From Granulicella sp. (GTDB taxonomy: Bacteria > Acidobacteriota > Terriglobia > Terriglobales > Acidobacteriaceae): a stretch of DNA of 64,000 nucleotides. The stretch is taken from the NCBI GenBank assembly GCA_027339965.1, contig DAHWNL010000082.1:15639-79638 (forward strand), given 5' to 3'. The notes below the pieces were generated by a model, which was not told the DNA's origin, searched no databases, and worked only from the letters and a program-made list of their open reading frames with translations. This document shows positions 1 to 8,334 of the stretch, piece after piece (the stretch's first letter is position 1; each line of letters starts with the position of its first letter). The position numbers were made by a program, and so were the translations under genes.

Positions 1-865
1 ACTGGCGCGGAATATCGCTGCCGGTGGTGAGGTTGTTGAAGGCTAGATACTGCACGCCGGGCCCATTGACGCCGCTGGCGAAAGAGCCGGGGGTGACGCC
101 GCTGAACAGCAGGTTGAGCACGCCGGGCTCCCGGGCGACGTCCTCCATCCAGAAGTTGCCGTCCGCATCCAGCGAGAGGTTCTGCGCGTCGCCGTTCTGG
201 TTGACGAAGGTGGTGATGAAGTTGAAGTTCGCGTTGGAGGTGGTCTGACCCACCTGAACGGTTACGTAATTCAGCAACGCCTGCGCGCCGCTGAAGGCGG
301 ACGTAGCCGAGATCTGCACGCCGAACTGTTGATTGTTGATGTCGTCGCAGCTGAACGCGGCTCCCCAAAGATCATTGGCGCTGCCCAGCGTGACGGTCCC
401 CTGCAGCGATGGCAGAGTGACCGATTTGGCTGTTCCCACAGCGGCTCCGGCCTTGAGCAACTGCACGCTGAGGTTGACTACGGAGGCTCCAAAGCCGGAG
501 ATGGCCACGCTGATGCCAGTGGGCGTCACTGTCTGCGGCAGGCTGAAGTTGAACTCGCTCACGGTAAGCAGATTGGCGCTGGAGGCGTTGACACTCGCGT
601 AGCTGGTTCCGTTGGCCAGGATGGCGCTGGCGTCGGCCCAGGTGGAGCTGGCCGCGGTCTGGCCCGGATTGGGGCCGGAGCCGGCGGCCGCATAGCTGTA
701 AACGCTCTGCAGGGGAGCGCGCGTCTGCGCGCTTCCCACCAGAAAGTCCATGTCATAGTTGCGCGGACTGGCACCCTCCGGAAGGTTCTCCGGGCGAATG
801 AAGGCGACGAGGCCCCCATAGGTATCCAGGCTCACGGACTCAACAGCCGGGTTGATGTTATGCAT
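1..865 (-). CDS. Tail/packaged-DNA stabilisation protein (P22 gp10/T7 gp12-like), 5' part only
   Basis: ATG at 865 reads MHNINPAVESVSLDTYGGLVAFIRPENLPEGASPRNYDMDF..., open to window edge; position after the adaptor gene. Confidence 0.6.
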   Translation of the reverse strand, partial: MHNINPAVESVSLDTYGGLVAFIRPENLPEGASPRNYDMDFLVGSAQTRAPLQSVYSYAAAGSGPNPGQTAASSTWADASAILANGTSYASVNASSANLLTVSEFNFSLPQTVTPTGISVAISGFGASVVNLSVQLLKAGAAVGTAKSVTLPSLQGTVTLGSANDLWGAAFSCDDINNQQFGVQISATSAFSGAQALLNYVTVQVGQTTSNANFNFITTFVNQNGDAQNLSLDADGNFWMEDVAREPGVLNLLFSGVTPGSFASGVNGPGVQYLAFNNLTTGSDIPRQ

Positions 866-871
866 GGGCTC

Positions 872-1234
872 TTACTCGCCGCGCAGGAACTCAAGGCGAA
901 AGCCGATGGTATCGGCGTTGATGGCGGCTCCGCTGACCAGCTCCGCGCCGGCCTGGTAGATGCGCAGCGTCTGGTGCACCGTGTCGTAGAGATACTGGTA
1001 CGTCCCGCCAGCCAGTGACTGGATGCTGGTCCAGACCGGAGTGGGTGTGAGGAAGTTGGGGAGGAAGGCTTCTCCGGCGGCGTTCACAAAGGTGAACGCG
1101 CAGGGGATGCCGTTGGTGGCGTAGTCGCCGCCGGAGCTGAGCGCCGCGGTTCCAAAGAGAACCTGATGCCGCTGGGTGTTATCGACGCCATAGGGCTCGG
1201 CGTTGACGCTGAGAGTCAGGGTTGCTTCTGCCAT
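872..1234 (-). CDS. Phage virion protein (hypothetical, beta-rich)
   Basis: 120 aa ORF with AAGGAG RBS in structural module. Confidence 0.65.
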   Translation of the reverse strand: MAEATLTLSVNAEPYGVDNTQRHQVLFGTAALSSGGDYATNGIPCAFTFVNAAGEAFLPNFLTPTPVWTSIQSLAGGTYQYLYDTVHQTLRIYQAGAELVSGAAINADTIGFRLEFLRGE

Positions 1235-1254
1235 GATGTTCTCCTTGAAGTTGG

Positions 1255-2076
1255 TTAGAGATCGTCATTCCACTGCGCGAAGTTCCCGACGGCCTGGTGG
1301 CCGAACTCACGGCGCAAGCTCTCCTGCCGCTGGGCGGCGCGCACCGTCTGCAGCATCAGATCGCCGATGCTTCCTCCATCGCCGTCCATGCCCTGACTGG
1401 CCAGGGTCGCGGCGGGAAGCTGATCGGGTGAGAAGCGGCGCGCATAGAGCACCAGCATCCGGTCCACGATGGCGTCCTGCGAGTCCAGCACCGGAACATA
1501 GGTCGTGCAGAAGTTCAGGTTGTCCCCCAGGATGGGAGGCAGCGCGATCTTGCAGCGCAGGCGCAGGTCCACGCTCTCCAGCGCTCCCGGCATCCACAGG
1601 GCGTTGCCGCGCCACTCATAGATGCGGTTGACGCCGCTCTGTTGCAGGGGCGGCAGGCCGTCGGGCGCGGCTTGCAAGGGAAAGAAGTCAGCGCCGGAGC
1701 CGTTCACCCGCTCCCATACCCGGTCGACGCCCATGGCTCCTGCGGGCAAGGTCCACTGGGCGTGGTTCTGGAAGCCGTCGAAGTAGCCCAGAAATCCCAG
1801 GCTGACCTGCACAGCCGGGTTGGGCTGCTCCAGCGCAGGCAGCCCCAGCAGGAGGTAGTTGTCCAGGATGAGCGCCGGGTCTCCGATGCTGCGCAGTTTG
1901 CGGTAGACCCAGCGGATGGCGGCGTTGAGGAACGGCAGCGTAAAGGGCGCCGTATTGGTGGCGATGATGCCGCCCTGCGGGCCATCCATCCCTCCGCCGT
2001 CGTCGTTGACCAGCGAGCGGAACAGGTCCATCATCCCTTGCAGATTAGGGTAGCGGATTGGATAATTTACGGACAT
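1255..2076 (-). CDS. Putative head-tail adaptor (tail tubular protein A-like)
   Basis: 273 aa; FLNAAIRWVYRKL helix; position downstream of capsid. Confidence 0.55.
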   Translation of the reverse strand: MSVNYPIRYPNLQGMMDLFRSLVNDDGGGMDGPQGGIIATNTAPFTLPFLNAAIRWVYRKLRSIGDPALILDNYLLLGLPALEQPNPAVQVSLGFLGYFDGFQNHAQWTLPAGAMGVDRVWERVNGSGADFFPLQAAPDGLPPLQQSGVNRIYEWRGNALWMPGALESVDLRLRCKIALPPILGDNLNFCTTYVPVLDSQDAIVDRMLVLYARRFSPDQLPAATLASQGMDGDGGSIGDLMLQTVRAAQRQESLRREFGHQAVGNFAQWNDDL

Positions 2077-2160
2077 AAGCTCCTGAGATTAGACTTCGCA
2101 GGCGGCAGCGGCGGCCTTACGCCGAGACATGGAGCGTGGGAGGGCCGCCGCTGCAGCGCC

Positions 2161-3018
2161 TTACGAAGAGCGAGGACGCGCAGAAGAACGCTTGGCCGGG
2201 GCATCTTCACTCCACCAGCGCTGCTCCTCCGGCACATCGGACTTGTTTCTGACGCCGGCCATGACGGCCTTTTGCCAGTCCAGGATGCAGAGCGTGCCGC
2301 CCAGGGCCGTGCTCTTGTGGAAGGCGACGTTTTTCTTGATGGGATCGCCGCAGTTGGGGCAATCCACGGTGGGCGCCATCGGTTTGTGGTACTCGCGCTG
2401 CTCGCCGAAGTAGTCCAGCGCCATGCGCAGATCCGTACCCTCTTCGCCTTTCAGCATGGCTTGCAGGCCGGGGCGGTCCGTCACCTCCAGCTCGTCGGCC
2501 TGGGCCATCAGGGCGCGGTAGTAGCGCTCACGGCGCAGCTCGGCGCGGCGAATCTCCTCTTCGCTGGGTGTCTCCTGCAGGCTGATGAACAGGCCCTGCG
2601 CGAACAGATCGCTGCCGCGGCTGGTGGAGAAGTAGGCAGCCATCTCGGGCGCGGCGTTCCAGTCCGGATCGTTGGTGGGATTGTTCGGATTCAGCAGGTC
2701 GATGGTGCAGCGCAGCCCGTCGTGCGCCTCGCCGCGGAACTTGCCGGTATCGGTGTTATGCACCTTCTGCATCAGCGGATCAGGAATGCGCGTGACCAGA
2801 GCGTAGCGCCGGCCTTTGGGGCAGGCGCGCAGACGGAACTTGATCCACAGCGGAGGCCGGTCGACGATGAACTCGCGCGGCGAGACGGTAAAGATGTAGA
2901 TGAAGCGCTCGGGTGGCCGCAGCATATTGCGGTCGATGCGTGGATCCCACGAATCCGCGTTCATCTTCTGCATCAGAGGCTGAACCTCCGGGTCATCCAA
3001 GCCATGTAAGGTTGCCAT
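2161..3018 (-). CDS. Phage hypothetical protein with C-terminal CxxC Zn-ribbon-like motif
   Basis: 285 aa, CPNCG...H...C; AAGGAG RBS. Confidence 0.7.
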   Translation of the reverse strand: MATLHGLDDPEVQPLMQKMNADSWDPRIDRNMLRPPERFIYIFTVSPREFIVDRPPLWIKFRLRACPKGRRYALVTRIPDPLMQKVHNTDTGKFRGEAHDGLRCTIDLLNPNNPTNDPDWNAAPEMAAYFSTSRGSDLFAQGLFISLQETPSEEEIRRAELRRERYYRALMAQADELEVTDRPGLQAMLKGEEGTDLRMALDYFGEQREYHKPMAPTVDCPNCGDPIKKNVAFHKSTALGGTLCILDWQKAVMAGVRNKSDVPEEQRWWSEDAPAKRSSARPRSS

Positions 3019-3043
3019 TCTGTCTCCTTGGGTAGATTGAGGC

Positions 3044-3733
3044 TCAAAAGCCTGCTTCGCTCAACTGCATCAGGCCGCGGGGCATGCGGGCGGCAATGGC
3101 CATGGCCTGGCGCATGCCTCGCTCCATGACCTCCACCTTTTTCGCCAGCACGCTGGTGCGGCAGCCCTGGTTGGTGTAGCTGGCGGTTGCGCCACGGAAG
3201 GCCGGCGCGCAGTCGGCTTTGGCCTCCAGCATCTCGTCCAGCAGCTCATTCTCAGCCAGCTCGGCTTCCAGCTTGAGAGCTGCGGCTTTTTCTTCCTCGT
3301 TGAGCGCCTGCCAGAACTTCACCGCCGGCAGCATCACGTCCACCAGGAAGCTGCTCAGCTCCAGAATCTCGGCGCGCATCCGGCCGTCGACCGACTCATA
3401 GTGAACCAGGCGCTGGAGCACGACATACTGTCCGTGGAAGGGATAGTCGCCCAGCTCCTGCAGCCCGGTGGCCTCATCGCGGTGCTGATAGTACCAGCGC
3501 GTGGGCGAGCCGAAGTCCTGCGCTGGCTTCCACATCATCAGCAGCCAGCAGGGTTCTTTGCCGCCTACCAGAAAGTCGCGATAACCCAGGAAGCCGTCCC
3601 TGGCCCAGTAGCCTCCGGCGCGCGCCGTGGCGCACTCGCTCCAGAGCAGCTTGAAGACCGGCTCGCCGTATGGGTTGGTTCCACCCTGACGGGTGAAGGC
3701 GTCCTGAAACTCAGGGGGGCACTGCCTATGCAC
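3044..3733 (-). CDS. Phage hypothetical protein
   Basis: GTG start at 3733 overlapping GroES-like stop; GGTNPYGEPVFKLLWS; protein-like composition. Confidence 0.65.
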   Translation of the reverse strand: MHRQCPPEFQDAFTRQGGTNPYGEPVFKLLWSECATARAGGYWARDGFLGYRDFLVGGKEPCWLLMMWKPAQDFGSPTRWYYQHRDEATGLQELGDYPFHGQYVVLQRLVHYESVDGRMRAEILELSSFLVDVMLPAVKFWQALNEEEKAAALKLEAELAENELLDEMLEAKADCAPAFRGATASYTNQGCRTSVLAKKVEVMERGMRQAMAIAARMPRGLMQLSEAGF

Positions 3734-4145
3734 GGTCCGGCTCTCCGCTGGAAGAGGCAGAGGGTGCGGACTCTTCCGAAGGCAACTTCCCGTGGGTATC
3801 GGCCACGCGGATGATGAAGGTGCGCACCTCATCGCGGGTGAAGGCGCGCTCGCCTGCCTGCTGCGTGCGCAGGTTGATGTACTCGCGCCCATACTCGCTG
3901 CAGTGCACCACATCACCTGCCTTGTAGGGCATGGGCATCAGCACGCCGGCCATGGGAACGCCGTCTCCCACGGCGAGCACGCGGCCGGTCATCGCCTTGG
4001 CGGCAAAGCGCTCGCTGCGCTCCAGGGTGAGTCCGCCGGGCGTGACGATGCGGTTGTCGTGCACCGGAATCTCTTCGACGAAGATGCGATCCAGCACCGG
4101 CTGAAATGGGATAGGCGCTCGTCCATTGATCAAGGGAAGGCTCAT
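3726..4145 (-). CDS. Phage-encoded GroES/Cpn10-like co-chaperonin
   Basis: FQPVLDRIFVE, mobile loop TPGGLTL, GRVLAVGDG, YKAGDVV..SEYG, FIIRVADTHG follow the Cpn10 pattern. Confidence 0.8.
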   Translation of the reverse strand: MSLPLINGRAPIPFQPVLDRIFVEEIPVHDNRIVTPGGLTLERSERFAAKAMTGRVLAVGDGVPMAGVLMPMPYKAGDVVHCSEYGREYINLRTQQAGERAFTRDEVRTFIIRVADTHGKLPSEESAPSASSSGEPDRA

Positions 4146-4167
4146 GTCTCTTCTGTCTCTCTTTCAT

Positions 4168-4203
4168 AAAAACTTGAGGGAGGGTGAAGAATCACCCTCC
4201 CTC
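4168..4203 (-). terminator. Intrinsic terminator downstream of major capsid gene
   Basis: GAGGGAGGGTGA/TCACCCTCCCTC 12-bp stem followed by a T-run on the minus strand. Confidence 0.7.
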
Positions 4204-4245
4204 AGGCACAGCGGTTCGGCCTGGAAGGTCAGGCTTCCGTGCCAT

Positions 4246-4287
4246 CCCACCCTTCGCGCAACCTGCCGCGCGAAGGGTGGGGCGCCC
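4246..4287 (+). repeat. REP-like hairpin (copy 1)
   Basis: CCCACCCTTCGCGC..GCGCGAAGGGTGGG-GCGCCC; same architecture as 22411, 30045, 63685. Confidence 0.7.
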
Positions 4288-4317
4288 GGCGGTTTTGCTC
4301 AGGGTTGGGAGCCAGCG

Positions 4318-4387
4318 CCAGATCTGCGGCGCCAGATCTGCGGAACTAGATCTGCGGAACTAGATCTGAGGCGCTAGATCTGAGGTA
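4318..4387. repeat. 5 x 14-bp tandem repeat overlapping capsid stop codon
   Basis: CYAGATCTGMGG-NN units at 4318, 4332, 4346, 4360, 4374. Confidence 0.9.
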
Positions 4388-5714
4388 CTGGGCAACCCTG
4401 AACGTAGAACTGATCCTTGGGATCCGAGCAGACCAACTGCAGGCCGCACTCGTAGCCGAAGGTGATGGAGTCGTAGTAGGTATACCCGCTGGTCGCCGCC
4501 GGAGTGGGAGCGATGGTATTGCCCGGGGTCCACTCATGCAGGCGAGTGTCAAACAGCACGCCGACGTACCAGTCCTTGGGATTGAAGCGCTGGATCTGGG
4601 TGGGATCGGCGGTGCTGGAGTAGACGACGGGACGCCCGAAGAGAGTCTTCTGCATGAACTTCTTCGAGGTGTCCACCACCGTGTCGCCGTCCTGGTCCAG
4701 GCGGGTGATGCCTGGGTTGTAGTAGTTATTGGAGGCGGCGACGCCCTGAGCGAAGTTCGTGTAGTAGAACTCGTTGGCGTCGTCCGGCTCTTCCTCGCCG
4801 TGGCCGTCGCCGCGGGCGCGCGCAATAAGCGCCTCAATGCGCTGCGCCATGGCGCTGGTGATGGCTCCGGAGCCGTTCAGGTTGATGGTCGGCGTGGAGA
4901 GCCGGCCGGGATAGAGCGCCTTGTTGATGCCGGCGATGGTGCCGGTGGATCCGTTGGCGATCCAGTACTTGGAGCCGTAGATGGAGCTGCCGGCGGCTCC
5001 GGTGGCGCCCATCACCACCAGGATGTTGCCGGTGGCTGTTCCGGCAGGCAACACGGTGGAGAACCAGAGCGTCTGCGCCACCGGATCCACATAGCTGATG
5101 GTGGCCGTGCCCAGAGCGGTTCCACCCACCGCAGGCAGAATCTGGATCACCTGCTGATCGGTGAAGCCAGCCACCGTGGTCAGGCCGCTGATGTAGCTGG
5201 TCTGCGCGCCGGCGCCGGAGCCGGAGCTGACGGTGGCGGTGGAGGGAATGCTGGCGATGGTGCCGGAGCCGTCCCCGTTGAACAGGCCCTCGATGCCGTT
5301 CTCAAAGGAGCGCAGGCTCTGCTTCATCTCCTCCTTGTTCACCTTCACCAGGCCGCGGTCTTTGCCGTCAGTGGCCTGCTGGGTCAGGTTGGAGATCTCG
5401 CAGGTGTTGATGATGCGCACCGGAGCGGCGACAAAGGCGTCCGTGGTGGAGCCGGTGCCGCGCGGCCACATGGCGATGCTGCTGGAGGTGTCGGCGGCGA
5501 ACTGCTGAATGCCGGCCCCGCCCTGGGCGCGGAATGGCACCCGCAGCGGCTGGCGCTGCACGCCGCCGGCGCTGGTCATATTGCTGATGGGGACCTTCTT
5601 GCCGTCCTTCATCAGGCGCTGCTGCAACTTGTTGAAGCGGGCCTGATAGTCGGGAATCTGATCCACGAATGCTTCCAGTTCTACCGCCTCATACGCTAAC
5701 TCTGTAACTGGCAT
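4374..5714 (-). CDS. Major capsid protein (putative)
   Basis: ~446 aa after scaffold-like gene and followed by a terminator; FENGIEGLFNGDGSG. Confidence 0.8.
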   Translation of the reverse strand: MPVTELAYEAVELEAFVDQIPDYQARFNKLQQRLMKDGKKVPISNMTSAGGVQRQPLRVPFRAQGGAGIQQFAADTSSSIAMWPRGTGSTTDAFVAAPVRIINTCEISNLTQQATDGKDRGLVKVNKEEMKQSLRSFENGIEGLFNGDGSGTIASIPSTATVSSGSGAGAQTSYISGLTTVAGFTDQQVIQILPAVGGTALGTATISYVDPVAQTLWFSTVLPAGTATGNILVVMGATGAAGSSIYGSKYWIANGSTGTIAGINKALYPGRLSTPTINLNGSGAITSAMAQRIEALIARARGDGHGEEEPDDANEFYYTNFAQGVAASNNYYNPGITRLDQDGDTVVDTSKKFMQKTLFGRPVVYSSTADPTQIQRFNPKDWYVGVLFDTRLHEWTPGNTIAPTPAATSGYTYYDSITFGYECGLQLVCSDPKDQFYVQGCPVPQI

Positions 5715-5884
5715 ATTTTTGCCCTTCCGGAGCAATGGGATAGGCCGCAGGCGGGCCCAACCTGCGGCTTGCCTGCGCCTTCGCGATGTCTCTGTTGTCT
5801 CTGGGTGCTACGAAAGGCCGGAAGGCGACGCGTTTAACGAGGTAGCGATCTCGCACCTGCGGCTTCAAAAAAATCTCTACTCCA

Positions 5885-7303
5885 CTACGCGGGCCGAACC
5901 CACTTCACGCGGTTCCCGTTCTTCAGGGTGTAGATCCCGTTCCACTGGTCCGCCTCCGGCGTGCGGCGGTAGTCGATCTGATCGGGAGATGGCTTGGCGC
6001 TCACAATCGTCGGAGCCCCGCTGCGGGCATCGCCCTGCCGCGCCGTGGGCTGCACCCGTCGGGACTGGACCTGCGCCGCGCCCAGGAAGCGGCCATAACG
6101 CGCCTTGACGACTCCTTCCACCACGGTCTTGTAGTGACGGTTGATGGCGGCCTTGACGAAGTTCGCCACCGTGGCCGGATCCGGGTTCTTCTGCTTGTGG
6201 TAGATGCCCATCTGCTTCAGGTAGGCGGTGTCGGCCTGCCCCAGCTCCTTGAGCCGGGAGCGAAAGGCATGGAACAGATCTTCTGTCGCGGCCGCATCCA
6301 GGCGAAGTCTGGAGGCGAAGGGACGAAAGGCTTCCTCCAGCTTCTGCTTCTCGTAGCCGGCCACCTGGGGAATGATGTGGTTGCTCCAGTGGGCCTGCTG
6401 CTGTTGCCGCTCGAAGCGGCTGCGCTCCAACTCGAAGGCGCGGCGCTCGGGATCGAGGGGAGCGGACTTGAGGCTGGCCGCCTTCTCCTCGGTCGTGCGG
6501 TAGAACTGCGCAATGCTGCGCAGCAGTCTTCCGACGGAGTCCAGCTTTGCCTTGTCGTCCAGATGCGCGGCGTTCATCACCTCCACCATGCGGCTCAGGT
6601 CGGCGGTGAGGGACGCTCCGGCCAGGGTGGTCATCAGGTGCGGCAGCATGGCGGAGGAGAAGGCCTCCGGGTCAGCGCGCTGGACGCGGTCCAGAAAGGC
6701 GGGCGCGAGCTTGGCCAGGCCGGCGTCGAACTCCGGGCCCAGGACGTCCAGCGCTCGCGGGTCGCCGGTACCCAGCGCCTGGTCCAGAGCATCGGACTCG
6801 GCCGCACGCTCCTGAAGATCGGCGACGGCTTCCGCGCCGCCGACGCTCTCCAGCAGCGCATACTTCTGGCGGATGCCGTTGATCCCCTCGGGGTCAATCT
6901 GGGCGATCTGCTGCGCCTTGTAAAAGTCGGCGCGAACTTGTTTGGCGAACTTCTGGCTCTCGGGCGTCGCCTCCAGTCGCTTCAGCCACTCGCGGAACTC
7001 CCGCGAGCCAGGGCCGGCTTCGTCCTTCTCTTCCTCGGCGCCGGTCTGCGGATCTCCGTCCTCATCAACCGCGTCTGCCTCTGCCGGACCTGCGCCGGCT
7101 TCGGAGGCTCCCGGCCCGTCGATCTCTGCGGGGTCAGCCTCGGATGCTGCGAAGCCCGAGCTGTCCGAAGCCGACGACTCGGACAGGGCAACGGCCGCAT
7201 CCTCTGCCTGCGCCCACAGCCAGGCCAGTACGCCACCGTGGTTCGTTGCCGCTGTGTCTGGAACTTCGATCGCGCGTGGAACTTCCATCTCTCTGATCTC
7301 CAT
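5885..7303 (-). CDS. Putative capsid scaffolding protein
   Basis: Acidic disordered N-terminus, helical body, directly upstream of capsid gene; start uncertain. Confidence 0.65.
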   Translation of the reverse strand: MEIREMEVPRAIEVPDTAATNHGGVLAWLWAQAEDAAVALSESSASDSSGFAASEADPAEIDGPGASEAGAGPAEADAVDEDGDPQTGAEEEKDEAGPGSREFREWLKRLEATPESQKFAKQVRADFYKAQQIAQIDPEGINGIRQKYALLESVGGAEAVADLQERAAESDALDQALGTGDPRALDVLGPEFDAGLAKLAPAFLDRVQRADPEAFSSAMLPHLMTTLAGASLTADLSRMVEVMNAAHLDDKAKLDSVGRLLRSIAQFYRTTEEKAASLKSAPLDPERRAFELERSRFERQQQQAHWSNHIIPQVAGYEKQKLEEAFRPFASRLRLDAAATEDLFHAFRSRLKELGQADTAYLKQMGIYHKQKNPDPATVANFVKAAINRHYKTVVEGVVKARYGRFLGAAQVQSRRVQPTARQGDARSGAPTIVSAKPSPDQIDYRRTPEADQWNGIYTLKNGNRVKWVRPA

Positions 7304-7470
7304 GTCTCTGACTCTCTTTTCCCGCCTCTGGTCTTCCCGCCTCTGGTCTTCCCGCTTCTGGCTCATCTGTCTCTGGTGTCTCTGCCGCCTCTTGATGTCT
7401 CTGGCTTTTCTGCCGTCTCTGGATAGGTGTTCGTCGTCTCGGCTGCGCGCCCCGGCCGGCCGATGCTGTC

Positions 7471-8226
7471 TTACTTCACCAGCTTGGATGGAACGGCGAA
7501 TCCCATCGCCACGCTGGGAGGCTCGATCGGAGCATCCGGCCCCTTGGGCATGGGCGGCAAGGAGAGCAGGCCTTTGAGCCGCGTGAAGGGATGGTCCAGC
7601 AACTCGCCCAGGGGCCGTTCGGCGATCCACTCGTCGGCTCTGCCGGCCAGCGAGTTGTCGGGCGGAGGAACGGCCAGCAACTGGCGGATGGGCCGCTCCA
7701 GCGCAGCCTTGGTGGTATCCCAGCGCTGCAGTTGCTCGGGGGTCATCACGGGCTTCAACTGGTCCTGCGCCTGGGTCAGGTCTTCGACCATGCGAGCCTG
7801 TTGCTCCGGGTTGTAGTCTCCAATGGACTTTTGCGGATCGGCCTGCAAGCCCGCCACGCCGCCGTAGTCATAGTCCTTGAGCAGCGGAGGTCCGGGAGCG
7901 AGGGATTGGATGGTGCGCAGAAAGTCTCCGTTGCGCGAGTTCTGGAAGACGTGTGTCGCCTCATGCGCGGCCACCGGTTGGGTGTAGAGGCCGGGCTGAG
8001 CCACGTCGATCTTCTCCGCTCCCGGCTGCACATAGGCAATGGTTCCCGCAGAACCTTCGGCATAAGCGCCGCTGGGGTCATAGCCCATCAGTGTCTGGAT
8101 GGGCCGGGACGCTGCCCAGTCGGGAGCGCCTGCGTTGGTGGTCTGCTGCACCTGCTGTTGCAGGCGCTGCTGGGCGTTCTGCGACGTATTCGGGCGCAGG
8201 TTCGGAATGGATGGCGAAATCCCCAT
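7471..8226 (-). CDS. HExxH zinc metallopeptidase-like protein (DUF4157-like)
   Basis: AAHEATHVFQ ... YNPEQQARMVED. Confidence 0.65.
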   Translation of the reverse strand: MGISPSIPNLRPNTSQNAQQRLQQQVQQTTNAGAPDWAASRPIQTLMGYDPSGAYAEGSAGTIAYVQPGAEKIDVAQPGLYTQPVAAHEATHVFQNSRNGDFLRTIQSLAPGPPLLKDYDYGGVAGLQADPQKSIGDYNPEQQARMVEDLTQAQDQLKPVMTPEQLQRWDTTKAALERPIRQLLAVPPPDNSLAGRADEWIAERPLGELLDHPFTRLKGLLSLPPMPKGPDAPIEPPSVAMGFAVPSKLVK

Positions 8227-8334
8227 CACCTCAGCCTCCTGATGCATGAATGTTCTTGGTTGTGTGGTGCTCGGAGGAGCACGACTCCGGCCATTGCGCG
8301 CTGTGCGGCCTCAGCGCAGCCCGGGCGAAAAGCC

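Noticed and set aside
4318..4387. CRISPR or attachment site
   Set aside because: Contiguous tandem units with no spacers and no partner copy elsewhere in the window
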